Below, piece by piece: positions 11,508 through 25,559 of a DNA stretch of 64,000 nucleotides; position 1 is the stretch's first letter, and the number at the start of each line of letters is the position of its first letter. A model generated the notes under the pieces. It saw nothing but the letters and a program-made list of their open reading frames with translations. It ran no database searches and was not told the DNA's origin. A program made the translations under genes and the position numbers. Source of the stretch: a virus. Taxonomy: Duplodnaviria > Caudoviricetes. The stretch covers positions 1 to 64,000 of IMG/VR virus record IMGVR_UViG_3300021540_000004; one strand, 5' to 3'.

Positions 11508-12170
11508 TTATCTTTTCCTGCCCTGGTTTATGGCATCCATTATCTTTTCAGCTGTAGCATCCCCAATGCCTTTAATATTTACTAAATCATCAAAAGTTAA
11601 CTCTAATAAATCTTCTAAACAATATAAATCTAATGCTTCGGTTATTATTTCTGCACGAGTATCTGCAACATCATCAACACAACGATACAAATACTTAAAA
11701 GCAGGAGAACCTGTTGTTTTTGGATATGATTTAATAAGGTGCTTAGAATCCAAACATTTAACTGCTTGATTCAACATTAACTCAAAAGCTTTCTTCTCAG
11801 TACTTGCAAAAATAACAGTAGTAAATGTGTTTAACCTTTGAATTGCACCATCATACTGTTTACGTGAAAACTTATGCTTAGAATAATAGGATTTCTTTAA
11901 AAAAGATTGTAATTTCTTATCAGAGGTTTCAATTAAAACATAATGATAATCAAAATGTTCAAACTGATTAATGGCTTGGTTAAAAACACGACCTTCTTTT
12001 ATGGATTTCACGAAATCAGGTAATTTCTTATACTCGAAAACTACTTTATCCTCGAATAAATAATCACCTACAGGTAATGATTCTACTTTAACATCACATC
12101 CATTATCAGTGTAATATTCCATTCCTGTTTTCACTCGATTTTTTTCTTTACTATCTATTACAACCTTCAT
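11508..12170 (-). CDS. ERCC4-domain nuclease with C-terminal HhH (XPF/Hef-like)
   Basis: VIDSKE...LPVGDY...FEYK..DFVKSI.EGR...Q; IKGIGDATAEKI HhH. Confidence 0.85.
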   Translation of the reverse strand: MKVVIDSKEKNRVKTGMEYYTDNGCDVKVESLPVGDYLFEDKVVFEYKKLPDFVKSIKEGRVFNQAINQFEHFDYHYVLIETSDKKLQSFLKKSYYSKHKFSRKQYDGAIQRLNTFTTVIFASTEKKAFELMLNQAVKCLDSKHLIKSYPKTTGSPAFKYLYRCVDDVADTRAEIITEALDLYCLEDLLELTFDDLVNIKGIGDATAEKIMDAINQGRKR

Positions 12171-12200
12171 AAAAAAAATATAATAATAATGGATTTTTAA

Positions 12201-12410
12201 TTAATATTGTTTTGCTATACGATTTATTAAACCCAATACTCCACTAATAAACAATGAAACAACAATGGTCACAGCACACCAAAGCATACCATGCAAACCG
12301 GCCCTTGATGCAATATAACCAGCAACTAAAACAACACTAAATACTATAACAGTAATAATACTAATGATTAATAAAGCACCGAATATTACAAATATATTAT
12401 CAAAATCCAT
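12201..12410 (-). CDS. Small two-TM membrane protein
   Basis: Two hydrophobic stretches in 69 aa. Confidence 0.6.
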   Translation of the reverse strand: MDFDNIFVIFGALLIISIITVIVFSVVLVAGYIASRAGLHGMLWCAVTIVVSLFISGVLGLINRIAKQY

Positions 12411-13395
12411 ACCCTGTTTTATTCTCCGTTTATTATCCTAGTATATTTAACACCCGCATGACTAACAGTCTTATAATCATGAATTAAATCATCATAACCA
12501 TTATATTTTAATTCAAAGAAATCAGTTACTGTTTTAACTTCACTAGTGGGAACGGTTACATATAATACTAAACCTTTATCATAACTATAAACAGTCTGAG
12601 TCATACTAACCAACTTCTTAATATACTCCGGAAGATTATTATCAAAAACAAACTCCGCCTGTTTAGTATACTTAACAAGCTCATCATTTATACTTATGAC
12701 TTGTTTAAAAATATCCAAATCCATAACTTAGTTTAATGTACACCTACTGTTTTAAGATAAATATTATAATATTTATTCTCTTCCTGCTCAACTAGCAAAT
12801 CAACAAACTCATTACCAATATCAACGGCATCTTCAAATATTTCAGCATCCATATCAGGTATCTCAACACGAATGTCCACATAAAACTTATTATTGTTACC
12901 TGTTTTTATGTTACTGTATTTATTTATTTCCCTGAAAACCCTTTTTAATATAGTATAAGGGTCATCAGAATACTCTTCTTTTTGTGTGCTTTCATACTCC
13001 ATAATAAAAAAAATTCTTTTCTAGTTCCAAATATGTAGATTATAAATAACTTTTAAATGTTTATCATCAATTCGTTCAACTTTACTTGCATTAGACACTT
13101 CCTGAATATCACTTATTGCTTCCTCAGGAATACTGGATAAACCCTCAACATTTAAACAATATAATTCTGGTTCATCATTATCTGTATCATAAGTGAATAA
13201 TAAGCTACTATATTTTTTGTTTAATAATTTACAGTATTCTTCTAATAAGTATTCAGTATCTTCTTCTAACAAATCTATTTTTCGATAATCTTTCTTTATT
13301 TGAATGAAATTCTTTTTTAATGTTTTATTCTGTTTTTTTATATTCTTTATCATAATATATTTTTAAAAAAAGTTTAAAATATAAATTAACTGTTA

Positions 13396-13432
13396 TGGTA
13401 TTATAATAAGTTTTATATAAATTATAATACCA
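13396..13432. promoter_or_regulatory. Perfect 12-bp inverted repeat flanking a TATA-like box (putative operator)
   Basis: TGGTATTATAAT-aagttttatataa-ATTATAATACCA in an intergenic gap. Confidence 0.6.
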
Positions 13433-13510
13433 AATACCCTTAATATTTATATATAAAGATAACTAGTATAAAAACACAATTAGTACAAGAGTATAAATAA
13501 ATTAAAAAAA

Positions 13511-13825
13511 TTATAAGAGCTCTACCCTTAAAAATCTGAAGTAGAACCCTTCACCCATTTGTTCAAGAAACTCTGTACCAGAAGGTAACCTACCACCAGT
13601 ACTACTATTTGCTTCACATACAAACAAAACATCTCCTTTGTTTAATTGGATTGTTTGCCTATTAAGTTCAACACCAAAGTAATCAGCAGTGTCTTGATGA
13701 CCAATTACAATTTCATCGGCCACCATAATAGCTTGACGGAATTCTTCTTCATGTATAATATTAAAGCTGATATTCGCATCGTTGTTTAGCATTTTTGTTG
13801 AAAATGCATTATTAACAATAATCAT
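13511..13825 (-). CDS. DUF1874/AcrIII-1-like viral ring nuclease (anti-CRISPR type III)
   Basis: NAFSxxML, IGHxxT (catalytic His), NRxxIxLxKGDxLxV and RL(P)xG motifs as in SIRV1 gp29, STIV B116 and YddF. Confidence 0.85.
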   Translation of the reverse strand: MIIVNNAFSTKMLNNDANISFNIIHEEEFRQAIMVADEIVIGHQDTADYFGVELNRQTIQLNKGDVLFVCEANSSTGGRLPSGTEFLEQMGEGFYFRFLRVELL

Positions 13826-13826
13826 T

Positions 13827-14516
13827 TTAATCCCTCCTTCTAATAATTAAAACTCTATCTCCTTCTAAAAGGAGTTCATCATTATATATTGAAGTTGAAA
13901 CACGTTCTGCTGCAACTTCTAGTCTTTCATTGAAGTTTGCTCCACCAGTTATTTCTTGAGCCATTTTTAGGTCTTCACGACCTAAGTCAACTCTCTTAAT
14001 TTTTATTGGTGATGGAGCTTCTCCATTATCAACTAGTTCTGCGTAGTCTTTTAGGCTGATTCCTTTTCCATAGAAGTAATCAGCATCATCATAATAATCT
14101 TCATATTGAGGATTATTCATTAATGGTTTTACTTCACAGTAGAGTTTTTCAATTTCTTCTGTGAAGTTATCTACAATGAATCTTGTGATTTGTGTGGAAG
14201 ATTCATGTGATTGTATGTCCCAGAAATCTAAGAATGAAACATTTTTGCCTTCAGGTGCCATGTCTTCACCACCAACAGTGATTGTGATGTCACCCATGAT
14301 ATTAATGATTTCTTTCATTGCAACACAGGAGGAGATTAATCTTCCTACTATGATTTTTTTTGTTTTGTTGAGGAATATTTTTTCATCAGTTATTTCACCA
14401 TTGACAGAACCGTTTAATACAGTTCCATCAATTAATTCTGCTGTAAACTCTGTTATTATTGAGTATCCTGTGCCGAAAGCTTCGACGCTTTTTGTAGTGA
14501 ATGTTGTTATTTTCAT
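13827..14516 (-). CDS. Acidic hypothetical protein, first gene of the two-gene unit with the AcrIII-1-like gene
   Basis: 229-aa ORF directly behind the conserved promoter. Confidence 0.65.
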   Translation of the reverse strand: MKITTFTTKSVEAFGTGYSIITEFTAELIDGTVLNGSVNGEITDEKIFLNKTKKIIVGRLISSCVAMKEIINIMGDITITVGGEDMAPEGKNVSFLDFWDIQSHESSTQITRFIVDNFTEEIEKLYCEVKPLMNNPQYEDYYDDADYFYGKGISLKDYAELVDNGEAPSPIKIKRVDLGREDLKMAQEITGGANFNERLEVAAERVSTSIYNDELLLEGDRVLIIRRRD

Positions 14517-14519
14517 GAT

Positions 14520-14590
14520 CTCACCTTTTGTGTCTTTAATATATATTATGTTTTACTAGTATATAAATATTTCCATTTTAAAAACTATAA
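14520..14590 (-). promoter_or_regulatory. Conserved BRE/TATA promoter
   Basis: Minus strand ATGGAAATATTTATATACTAGTAAAACATAATATATATTA, then AGGTGA SD. Confidence 0.75.
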
Positions 14591-15922
14591 TAAATATAAT
14601 AGAAAAAAAAATAATGGTTTTTTCTATAGTTTACCATCTAATTTTTCCAAAGCAACCTTATTAATCAAATCCCTATGCTTACTCTTATAATCAGTCATCA
14701 ACAAAAGAGCACCCTCACGACTACAAGTCTCATTAATACTCTCTTCATCCTCCATATCCAACACTAATTTCTCATACAACATATATGCAATATTATATAA
14801 TTGATTATTATAATATAATAAATGATTTAAATCCTTTTTAGATACTCTAACATCACCATCATGAAAAACTTTATTAAATGATTTTTCAGCTTCAACTTTA
14901 CCATCAATATTAGACTGCATATCCCTATTTAAATTATCTAAAATACTCATAATATCATCCTCCACTTCTACAATATTATAACTCTCATAAGTACAACTAT
15001 ACCCCTCACGATAAGGACAATTCGCACAACTATACCATTCACAAGGAGGATATGGAATAAAACTTATACCCCCGCCCTCATGAACTGTTATACCCATCTT
15101 CCGTTCACTCATTCAAATAAACTCCTTAACCCAGCATGTCTTAAATCATTAATCGTGTTATGCTTTTCATTCAACATTTCACAGATAAGCTCCAAATCAT
15201 TACCAGTTAAATCAACACCATTAATATGGTCAATAATATACGGACAAATATTCTCCTTTTTATCCACATATTCATAAGGAGGAACATTCTTCCTTTCAGC
15301 AACTAAATGCTTACAAACAGGACATGAATAAACCATCGTTTCATAAGTCTCATGATGAAACTCCAATTCCGTATCACAAGTAGGACACTTAGACATTAAT
15401 AATCTCCCTCCACTATTTATCCTATCATAGTAAGTACTTCAATATAATTGAACATTCCACAATCAATAATCGTGTAAACACTACCCTCAGAGTCTTTTTT
15501 AACGAAACAATCATCAATTATTTCAACAATATCATCAGGAAATATTTTTTCAATCTGTTCATACTCACCTAATTGATTAAACTTGATTAAAATATCCTTA
15601 TCATAATCTTTTAATTCAGTTAATGCAACATATAATCTTTTAGTTACACCATAATGTGTTTCATCATTTGTTTTAAGAATCATCCAGTACCCTCCTTAAT
15701 TCTTCCAATTTTTTTCTAATCTTTTCTTATCATCATAAATCTCTTTACAACCATCCCTAAAAGTGTCTAACTGTCCTTTCAATGCTTCTATCTGTTTTCT
15801 CTGACTATTCAATTCATCACAGATACTTTCCATGCCCATATAAATATACTCGTCAGATTCAATATATTCAAAAGTAACATACTTTGGACCGGAAACACTT
15901 ACTCTAAAATACTCCTTTTCAC

Positions 15923-16081
15923 TCATTTTTCTCCCATCAAAGTTATCCAGGAAATATTATCTTGGACATGAATTTTTTCTAGTTTCTGAATATGCCAACA
16001 TTTATCATAATGAACACTAAGCTCCACATCCAAATCATCATCTAAAGGTTCTAAAAACTCCTTTAACTCACCAACATTCAC
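15923..16081 (-). CDS. Unlisted 52-aa member of the V.EL...L small-protein family
   Basis: GTG start: MNVGELKEFLEPLDDDLDVELSVHYDKCWHIQKLEKIHVQDNISWITLMGEK; aligns with 23896-24087. Confidence 0.65.
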   Translation of the reverse strand: MNVGELKEFLEPLDDDLDVELSVHYDKCWHIQKLEKIHVQDNISWITLMGEK

Positions 16082-16901
16082 ATGAACACCCCTTTTATTT
16101 CCTCCATCAAATAATCCATGAATACTCTTTCTTGAACTGTTAAATCTCTTTCAGATATATTATTTAAAACAACATTAATACGGTTTAATTTATCAAATTG
16201 TTGAGTTAAAATCCTATAAATTTGAGTATTATTTAACTTTATATCCTGGACATAAATATCCCCGTTCTCATCAAGTTTATATGGTTCACTTCATCTATTA
16301 TTGCTGGTTTTTCATTATTACTCATAATATTAATCATCTCCTTTAATATCTTTATTATAAATTAACGGCTTTGGTACTGTACGATTATTATCTAATTCAG
16401 ATAATATTTTTGTTAGTTCTTCTGTTCTTTCAAGAACATAATCCCTAGCACTTTGAACAATACGCTCATTCTCTTTTTCTAAAAATAATATACGTTCTTC
16501 TTGACTATTTAATTTATCAATGATTTTTCCGGCTTGAAAACCACTATGTGCATATGCTAAATGCTCACCATCTTCAAATATTTGCCAATCATCACTATCT
16601 TTATGATAAAATTTTTTCTTTGATTGATTATTATTTAAATGGGTGCTTGTGGTTAGTCTTATTCCAGCAGGTATTGGTGGAGCTTCCCAAACTTGAAAAC
16701 CTTTATCTTTTTCATTATTTGCTTTTCTTAAGATTTGGATTAAATCCCAGAACTCATTTAATAGTTTAACTATCTCGCTTGAAGAGACATAATTCGCTTT
16801 CACTCCACCATAATATTTTTCTCCTGTTGCCTCATCAATAATAGTTTCAGAGAAATAATCACCACGATGAACTCCTTTCCCTGTTCTGAATCTTTTTTCA
16901 C

Positions 16902-17180
16902 TCATAACTCATAGTTTAACTCCTCATTATTAATTTTTAAAACATTATATAAACCATAGAAACTTTCTGTATTGAATGTGATGTTATCACCAATCATCAC
17001 TTTTTGATAATCCCTTTCAGATACTTGAATATCACCAAAGTCTTTTGTATGTATACAATAACAACTATTATGCGTATTTACTATTGTTTTATCAGTTACT
17101 TCAGAAGTTAATTCCTTAGCAAAGTCTGGTGTAACACACAATAATACTATTAAGCATGTAATTAACAATTTCTTCATCAA
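16902..17180 (-). CDS. Secreted/membrane-anchored small protein (paralog of 28082-28402)
   Basis: Signal peptide; QVS..DY.KV.IGD.IT motif shared with 28082. Confidence 0.6.
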   Translation of the reverse strand: MMKKLLITCLIVLLCVTPDFAKELTSEVTDKTIVNTHNSCYCIHTKDFGDIQVSERDYQKVMIGDNITFNTESFYGLYNVLKINNEELNYEL

Positions 17181-17922
17181 AATTCAATCCCTCCTTATTT
17201 CTTCCCAATTAACTTTTTTAGTAAATTTATAAACTCTCCAAGGCTCACTACTAATACTATCCAAATATTCTACAGTAGGTGAATAAAAACCAAATTCCTC
17301 ACAAAACTTATACATTAACTTAGGTGGAATTTCCTCCATTGTAGCAAATGTTAAGACTGGATTAACACCATCCTTTAATAAATCAGATGGAAAATGTGGT
17401 CTAAATATATAATTATTAAAGAATTCTTTAATCTCCTTAATATACAATTCTTTACTATATTCATACTGCTTCGCATATTTATGATATTTAACACAGGTTT
17501 CATATAAATTAAGAAATAATAAATCAGACATATTCTAATTCACCCAAATTTATAAAACGGACATTCCTCATCACTCATCAAATACTTATTATTTGCATCC
17601 GGAATATCACAATACTCATCAACAAAAGACAATGTAATATTATTCGGCATATGATTTGAATTAAAAAACTTGCAAGAATAACATTGTTTCTTTGTCATTC
17701 GAAAATACACCTCCGTTTTAATTCTTCTAATACCTGTATCCTACCCCTAATATAACATCCAATATTAGCATCATCAATACTTGTATTTCCAACTAATGAT
17801 TTCAATTCATCAACACCACCAATTACTTGACAAAATTCGGTATTATGATAAAAGGGTGTTTCTTTTTTCAAATTTTCATATTCTTCTAATAATTCTTTTA
17901 AAGTATCTTTAAAATTCATTTA

Positions 17923-18252
17923 TTATTTCTCCCAGTGTGCTTTAAAATTACTTAATTGGTTTAATGTTTCATTAAAATCACCATTAAACTTTAATCCTCG
18001 GTCATCAATATAACATACTGCTCCAACTTTAGTTGAAGTTACATCATCAAACAGAATATTATACTTTTCTAACCAGTCACGTACAAGATTATTGTCACGT
18101 GTGGTGAATACTACTACACGATAATCCCTACTTAAACCTGTCATGAATTCACGTGCACCATCACGTGGAGCATATAATTCCTGTTCACCTTTCCAACCAG
18201 TATAAGTGTTTAATACACCATCAAAATCAACACAAACAATAGCTTTACCCAT
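17923..18252 (-). CDS. HAD-superfamily phosphatase
   Basis: VDFDGVL (motif I), FTTR (motif II), K...YIDDR (motifs III/IV). Confidence 0.85.
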   Translation of the reverse strand: MGKAIVCVDFDGVLNTYTGWKGEQELYAPRDGAREFMTGLSRDYRVVVFTTRDNNLVRDWLEKYNILFDDVTSTKVGAVCYIDDRGLKFNGDFNETLNQLSNFKAHWEK

Positions 18253-21200
18253 AAAATGATAACCTCTCTTTTAATCTTTAATATTATTCTTTTTTTTACG
18301 GAAAGTGTAATATGCTTTTAAAATAAATTTATTCCATTCACCATCCTCATATTCAATAAATTCAATTGTTGGCATGTAAAAATCAAACTCCCTGCAAAAA
18401 TCACATATTGATTGTCTAGGTAACATTTGATGACCTAACTTAACAACACAAGGATTATTAAAATGGTCTAAATCAATTTCACAAGTATTAATAACACCAT
18501 TAAAACCAGGCACATTCCCATACTGTTTAAAAAATAATATTATACGTGCTTTATAATTTTTAACAGCTAACTCATACTTTTGTTTACTTTCCATTAGGAC
18601 CTTATATGGTTCATCCCAATCATCTATTTTTATATTTTTAGGCTCCACCATACTATTTCACCTCATCTATGATATATTTTATAATATTCACCTAAACCAA
18701 TATGATCGCCTTCCCATTTAAAATAATACGCCCCCTTGGAGGAGCATTTACCCCTGGAATCACGGTCAAAAAAATACTTACCATTACATCTTAAATCATA
18801 ATATGTTTTCCACCATAAACCATGATCAACCATAAAAACAATTACTCCTCCATATCATCAGTATTCTTTATTCTTTTACAGACAATAGGACACTCCTCAT
18901 CATCATCTTTAAAACATCTACCCTCACAGGCAGATACTTCAATATCCTTATACCGCTTATCACTTAAAATAGGTCGGTCTTGAATAACAACAGTTTCCTG
19001 AGGATATATAACTTCAAATCCTTTATTTTTTAAAAACAATCCCAAACGATACTTATTATGCCTACCAAATAAATTCCAATAGTCCATATGACAATAATAT
19101 GTATCCTTTGAACGTTCAATATGATCCAGTATTGTTTCATCAATAACATCCTGAATTATAGCATGGAATTCTAAATCATCAAATTCTTTTTCATGTGCTA
19201 TGGTTAAATCTTTATGCCCATCATAAGGGACATATACTCTAATATTATAATAATGCATTTTTTTCTTCTCACTTCTTTAAATTTTCTTTTGGGTTAATTT
19301 ATTTATATTATATTATTATGTTTGTGATTTTATTTAAATATATTTTTAATAAAATTGAGGATAACGTACCATCCTACTAACCTGACTACAACTATTAAAA
19401 ACAGGCACCTTCTTTTTCCTAAACATATAATATTTGCAGGCTTTCTTCTCTTTTAGACGTCTTAATATTTTAGTGTATGAAGTTCCAAAATACCAAGGTA
19501 ACGGAATAGTAACTGTAGAGTTAACTGGTGTGACAGTTCCTTTAATTATTATTTCATTCATCATAAAAATCATCTCTTCTTAATTTGACTTTAATAATGT
19601 CATGTTCTATGATTTCATCACTATTGAGTATGTGTTCTCTTAATTCGTTTTCTACGGTACTAACTGCATGAAATAAGTCTTCTGCATTTACTAGACATCT
19701 TACATCAACAAAATAACCAGTCATTCTTGTATCTCCTTTAATTTATTTTCAAATTCATTAACACATATTTTCTCTTGACTATCTCTTACAGGTAATCTAT
19801 AAATCATTATTTCTGCTATTAAACACAATATTGCAAAGATATGTTCTAATCCAATGACTCTAACAGTTCTCCATTGATACACATCATTATCATCAACAAT
19901 GCCAAATTTAGTTGTTTTACGCATAAAATTAATCCCTCCCAATAACCATTTCTTTAATTATGGTAATTTTCGCCACATCAAAATACTATTTCCTCTAATA
20001 ATTCACCGTAAGTTTTAATCTTCTTCATTCACCACCATCCTTATATCTCCCATACAATCAAGCATTATCTTCATAATCTTTTGTAAAGCCCTTAAATCTG
20101 TAAATATCAATGAATATTTTACGTTATTGTATGCTGTACCAAAATCATCCATTCTTTCTTGTATTTTAGTTAATTTTTTATCATACTCATTCAAAAGGTC
20201 AACGATTTCCAGGTCATGATATCTTTTTGCAGAGCATATTCTAGGGTTAGTATTCATATCTGCAATAACTAATCCTGTGTCTTTACTATACATAGGTTTA
20301 TATCTATTTTCTTCTATCATAATCCACCTAATAGTCTTGATAATCTATTCTTTTCCTTATGATTTTCCTTTCTCTTTCTCTTTTTGTATAGTTCGGTTGC
20401 TTCTTTTGATAAAGCATAATCTTCATATTTTTCTTCTTTTTCTAAACAATATTTGCATTCTTTTAAAATTGGTTCAGCAACACTTATAATACCATACCCT
20501 GCATTTGTTCCCCGGCTATGTGTTCTACCCCAGAAATCTTCATTTTCATCACATTTTAGGTTATGTTCATAGTAATTGCATTGTTCTTCTTCAATAATTT
20601 CTGCTCTAAGAAAGCAGAATACATATTCTTTATCTTTACGTAATTTGACTTTATGAAAATCCCACATTTTTTATCATTCCATATAACCTTCCTGTATCTT
20701 GCTTTTAATATTACAACCAATATCAATGCAAGAATATTTTGGAGTATAAAATCCAAATTCTTCTTTTAAACAAGTAATAAGATTACTTAAATAATCATAC
20801 TTGTTATCAGACATTATTTTTCTTGCTTTTTTCACAATACTTTTAAATTCTTTTGTTGAGTAATATTCTTCATGTGTTAATATTATTTTTTCAAAATCTG
20901 AATAACCGTAAGCTTCAATCACATAAATATAATATTTCCTATCCATTCAACATACCCCCACGCAACATATAACTTTATAGGAATTTGTCTAAAGTATCCA
21001 TCTGTTTAATATTGCCTGCTTTTGAATAATATGTTGTTATTAAAACAGTATCTGAAACAATCCAAATATCATGCAATGGTGTAGATGAATATAAATCATC
21101 ACTAGTACGTTTACTATATCTTACTTTCATATCCCTAGGTAAATCTTTTAACTCATCCAGTAAATCACCAACAGTTAGATATCGTTCAACTTTCATAGAC

Positions 21201-24200
21201 AAAAAAAATCACACCCAATTATTTGTTTTTTTTACCAGTGAAAATCCAATGCAGTAACAGTATAATCACCAGAAGAATATTTCTCTGATATTTCAATTAA
21301 CTTATCTTTAAGATTATCAACAAGACAATGCTCATTACACTTCTTACTAAACCTGATATCATTTATAGTATACAATTCACTATTAGCAGGGTCATCTTTA
21401 CAGAATATAATATTTTCCCACACCATAGTCCATTCATTAATATTATCAACGGTCTTATCAACATCTAAGTCAATTAACTTTAATTGATTATATTTTTCAC
21501 CATCTAACCTAACTAAAAAATTAGCATCATCAGGAAAACGATGTTCATTCACAACACCATAATAATCCCATAATTCATAAGGATTATGAAATGTCCCATA
21601 ACCAATATCCTTGATGTAAATATCCACCCATTTATCAGTAGCCCAACCAGCATATTCTTTAATGAACGTTATTTGTTTTGGATGATATACATGTAAATCT
21701 TTTATACCATAAAACTCGTTTAACTTATCACACCAATATTTATAATTATTATAACAATCTTTCGGATATGATCCATTACCATATTTTTCTTCAAATTCCT
21801 TTAATGAATGCTCTGCACGATATTGAATCATTTCAAGACATTCACTTACATTCTTTATAAGATAAGTTTCTATATTTTTTAACACTAATGGAACATCCTC
21901 ATTTTTTAATGTTAAAAAGAATTGGCACCTATCATCTTTGATTTTACCATTATTATCTTTATCTATTTCTTGATATGGATACATTACATCTTCTAATTCC
22001 ACATCAACAGGTTTTATTACTAATACTTGACTATGCACAGTTAATCACCATCCCAACATTTTTTATAATCTTTTATTTTAAACCTAAACCAGTTAATATG
22101 AATAATATCTCCTCACTATTTTCAGTGTAGAAAACAGGATAATTATTAAATAATACCCTATAACCCATTACATGATTATTATCAACTTTCGCAGGTTCAT
22201 AAACTTCTGTGAAACTACATTTATAGAATCCATGATTCCATTTATCCTTATCTTTTATATAGGCCCCCATATTATTCATAACATGGAAAGTATCATCAAA
22301 CACTACTTCAAAACTAATACTATTCATATATCTTGCAATCCTTAATAATTCACCAATACTTAACTCACAATCCCTGCAATTAAACATTAATTCAACTGCT
22401 TTCTTATTATTCAAACTAATAAAAAAATCATGTTTACGGCAGCTATGACCTACTTCATGGGTAAAATGACCTGCATGTTTACAATGACTACAACAAACAT
22501 ACATATTAAATCACACCTCAATATGATACATGAATACTGTGGAATCATCAAACGAATCATTATTAACTATTTTTTCTAATCCTAATTTTATTCTTTCTAA
22601 ATCCATATAATATGACTCACTGAACATTTCAGACCCACTACACCAAGAACCAACCTTTAATCGAGGAGGTAAATAAAACATTGCATAATAATCTCTTTTA
22701 ATAGCATCCTCTTGATTTAACACAAGGGTTAAATGTTCATATAATTCCTCCAAAGTAGACATAAAACATTCAGTATAAATATTATTATAATGCGTTATTT
22801 GCCCAGAATGATTAGTACACAACCAATTACCTATAATATCTGCACGAGCATTAGCCAAATATACTAATTCTTCAACAGAATATTTTTCCTTACCCTCATT
22901 TTTTATCACATATAAGAAAAAATCCATACCCATAAATATTATTCCTCCTTAACTATATCCAATTCATCTTCCGCTACAATATAACCAAGGATTCCTACTT
23001 TACCATAATAAACTTTAGGTCTGGTAACTCCTACAGCATCAGTTCTTCTATCCAAGAAATTTCTACAAGCCCAATTACCACCAAAACATCCTTTAAAAAT
23101 AACATCATCAATATTAACTTCTTCTTCCATCAGGAATTCTTTTCCACCAATATTTTGATGTGTTATTTCCGGTTTCACAAAATATTTAGTCATTTTCATC
23201 ACCACTACCTTATTATTCTTCTTTAACTTTTTTCACTGCGTTTCTCTTCCATTGAGGATAATTTGTCCTATCCAATTCCACAACAACACCATTATCCAAT
23301 ATTTCTTCAATTTTCCATGAAAGATTATTATTATGTAGTAAATCTGCATGATTACTTAAAACAGATAAAGCCTTTTTAGTATATCCTCGTGGAATTGTTA
23401 CTTTTACACTGGCAATAAAACCTGTTTCTTTAAACAACTCCTTTATTAATGATACAATATCATTATCCTGTTCAGCCATCCCCATACTCTAATACCTCCT
23501 TAATCTTATCAACAATAATATTATTATCCTTAGTTTTCTCAATAATCATACTAATCATTGTTAATTTATTCCTATCCGAATATAACCAAGCATTCTCTCT
23601 TTTAAGATTATTAATAATAGTTTCCTTCTTATTAAATAACTTAACAAGCCTATTCAATTCCCCTATCTGATACTTATGAAATGGGCCAATTATTTCCCCA
23701 TCATCAGTTTCAAAATACCTATCATCCCCATTTCTATTAAGCTTCAATACACTACCTGTGCATTCTGATTTTTTACAAAGGTCATCGAACAGGTTACAAG
23801 TAGGAACACCTAAAGGACTTGAAAAATGTTTACATTTCCACCATTTTTTACTCATACTTTAATCACTCCTTCTTCTATTATCTTCAACCATAAATTCAAC
23901 ACTTCCCACACAATACAAGCCATGAACCATCAACATAAACATCTTGGAAATTTTGTATGTGATCACAATCATCATAAGTAACAGATACCTTCAACCAAAA
24001 ATCATCACCAACACCATTTAGCATTTCTTTTAACTCCTTTACAGTTACACGTTTTTCGTTTCTTTTCAACAAAAATAATCCCTCCATACATATTATTATT
24101 AATCATTCCAAGAAGATTTATCATCTAAACTTCTACCTAAACTTTCAAAAAAATCATCTTGATCTTTAATTTTTTCATATACTTCATCATTAATTAAAAT

Positions 24201-24619
24201 TACAATACCCTCAACACTATTTAGTGAAATTACACTCACTTTAAGATTAATATCCTCGCTCATTTAATCACTACCAGTAATAACAGTTTGAATTAGTGAA
24301 ATAGTTCCTACCACTTAAACTACAGTGATAATACCAATTATACAATCTTTTATACCATCCATTTTTATACTTCATTATACTAACTCCCACAGGGCTTATT
24401 TGACTTTTGAATAATTACTAGTCTCCCAATCATAATGTATATCACATTTTAAATCATCAAGCAATTTAATATCACTACTAATACGGTCATAGGATTTGTA
24501 ATCCCCTGCTCTAAAATAAACTCCTTTCATCTCCTCCATTAAGCTTATTTTTTGATTGATTAAATGTATAACATGATTATGATAATCTTTTAAAGTCTGT
24601 GCTTTAATAGTCAAAGACA

Positions 24620-25153
24620 TCACTCCACATTATCAGACTCGTTTATATGTTTTTTCAAATCCAAATTCTCTTTATTTAATCTCATAATCTGCAAATGCTG
24701 TTTATTCAATAACTTAACAACTTTAATAACATTTTCCTCATTTATAATATCATTTGGGAAATAAATTACTTCATCTGCACCAAGAATATCAATACTTTCC
24801 TCTAAACCATCATCAGCAATCTTATATGAATACTTACCTACTTTATCTTCCAGATATATTATTGGCATACCATATGCTACAGCTATCTCATGCTCTAAAC
24901 GGCAGCCTCTTGAATTCTCCCATCCTCTGCCCATACAGATAACATCAGACTCACCAAGATGAAATATGGATTCAGCAAAACACTGTAATTCAGATTTACT
25001 CTCAGGATTCGTTATTATACTATCTACAACTATACAATCATCATGATAAGTATCAAATAAATAGTCAATCATCGCATTTCTTTCAATTTCTATTTGTTCT
25101 TTTGTTTTCCCTTTCATCGGAAAACTTAACATTATCCTTTTTTCACTCATCAT
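24620..25153 (-). CDS. DUF4406-like (nucleoside deoxyribosyltransferase fold) protein fused to an LN-family tail
   Basis: IMLSFPMKG...GWENSRGCRLEHEIA..YG. Confidence 0.7.
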   Translation of the reverse strand: MMSEKRIMLSFPMKGKTKEQIEIERNAMIDYLFDTYHDDCIVVDSIITNPESKSELQCFAESIFHLGESDVICMGRGWENSRGCRLEHEIAVAYGMPIIYLEDKVGKYSYKIADDGLEESIDILGADEVIYFPNDIINEENVIKVVKLLNKQHLQIMRLNKENLDLKKHINESDNVE

Positions 25154-25559
25154 TCATCACCATAATAAATCTAATTTAAAACAACCACCTTTGTTTGTTC
25201 TAATTTCAATATCTTTTAAAGATAATTCTTCTTTTAATTTAACAAGTGCAGATAAGGACACATTATAAAACAAAATAATTATTTTATCTTCTTGGAATAT
25301 AATTTCCTTGATAACTCCATCAGTTATCCTGTGAATCATATCTGCTATTTGTGCTTTTGCTGCATTAATATCCTCTTCCAAATATTGTAGTGTCTTGGTA
25401 AATTCTTCTTTTTGATTTAATAGTTCATTATAATCTTTTAAACTATATTTCACTGATTCTTCTTTTTCTTTATTTTCCATTTCTTCAAAAGTTATTGAAG
25501 GTTTTTCTTTGGAGTATGGTACTCCGAAAGGATCAGTGTCATCATTCATATAGGACATT

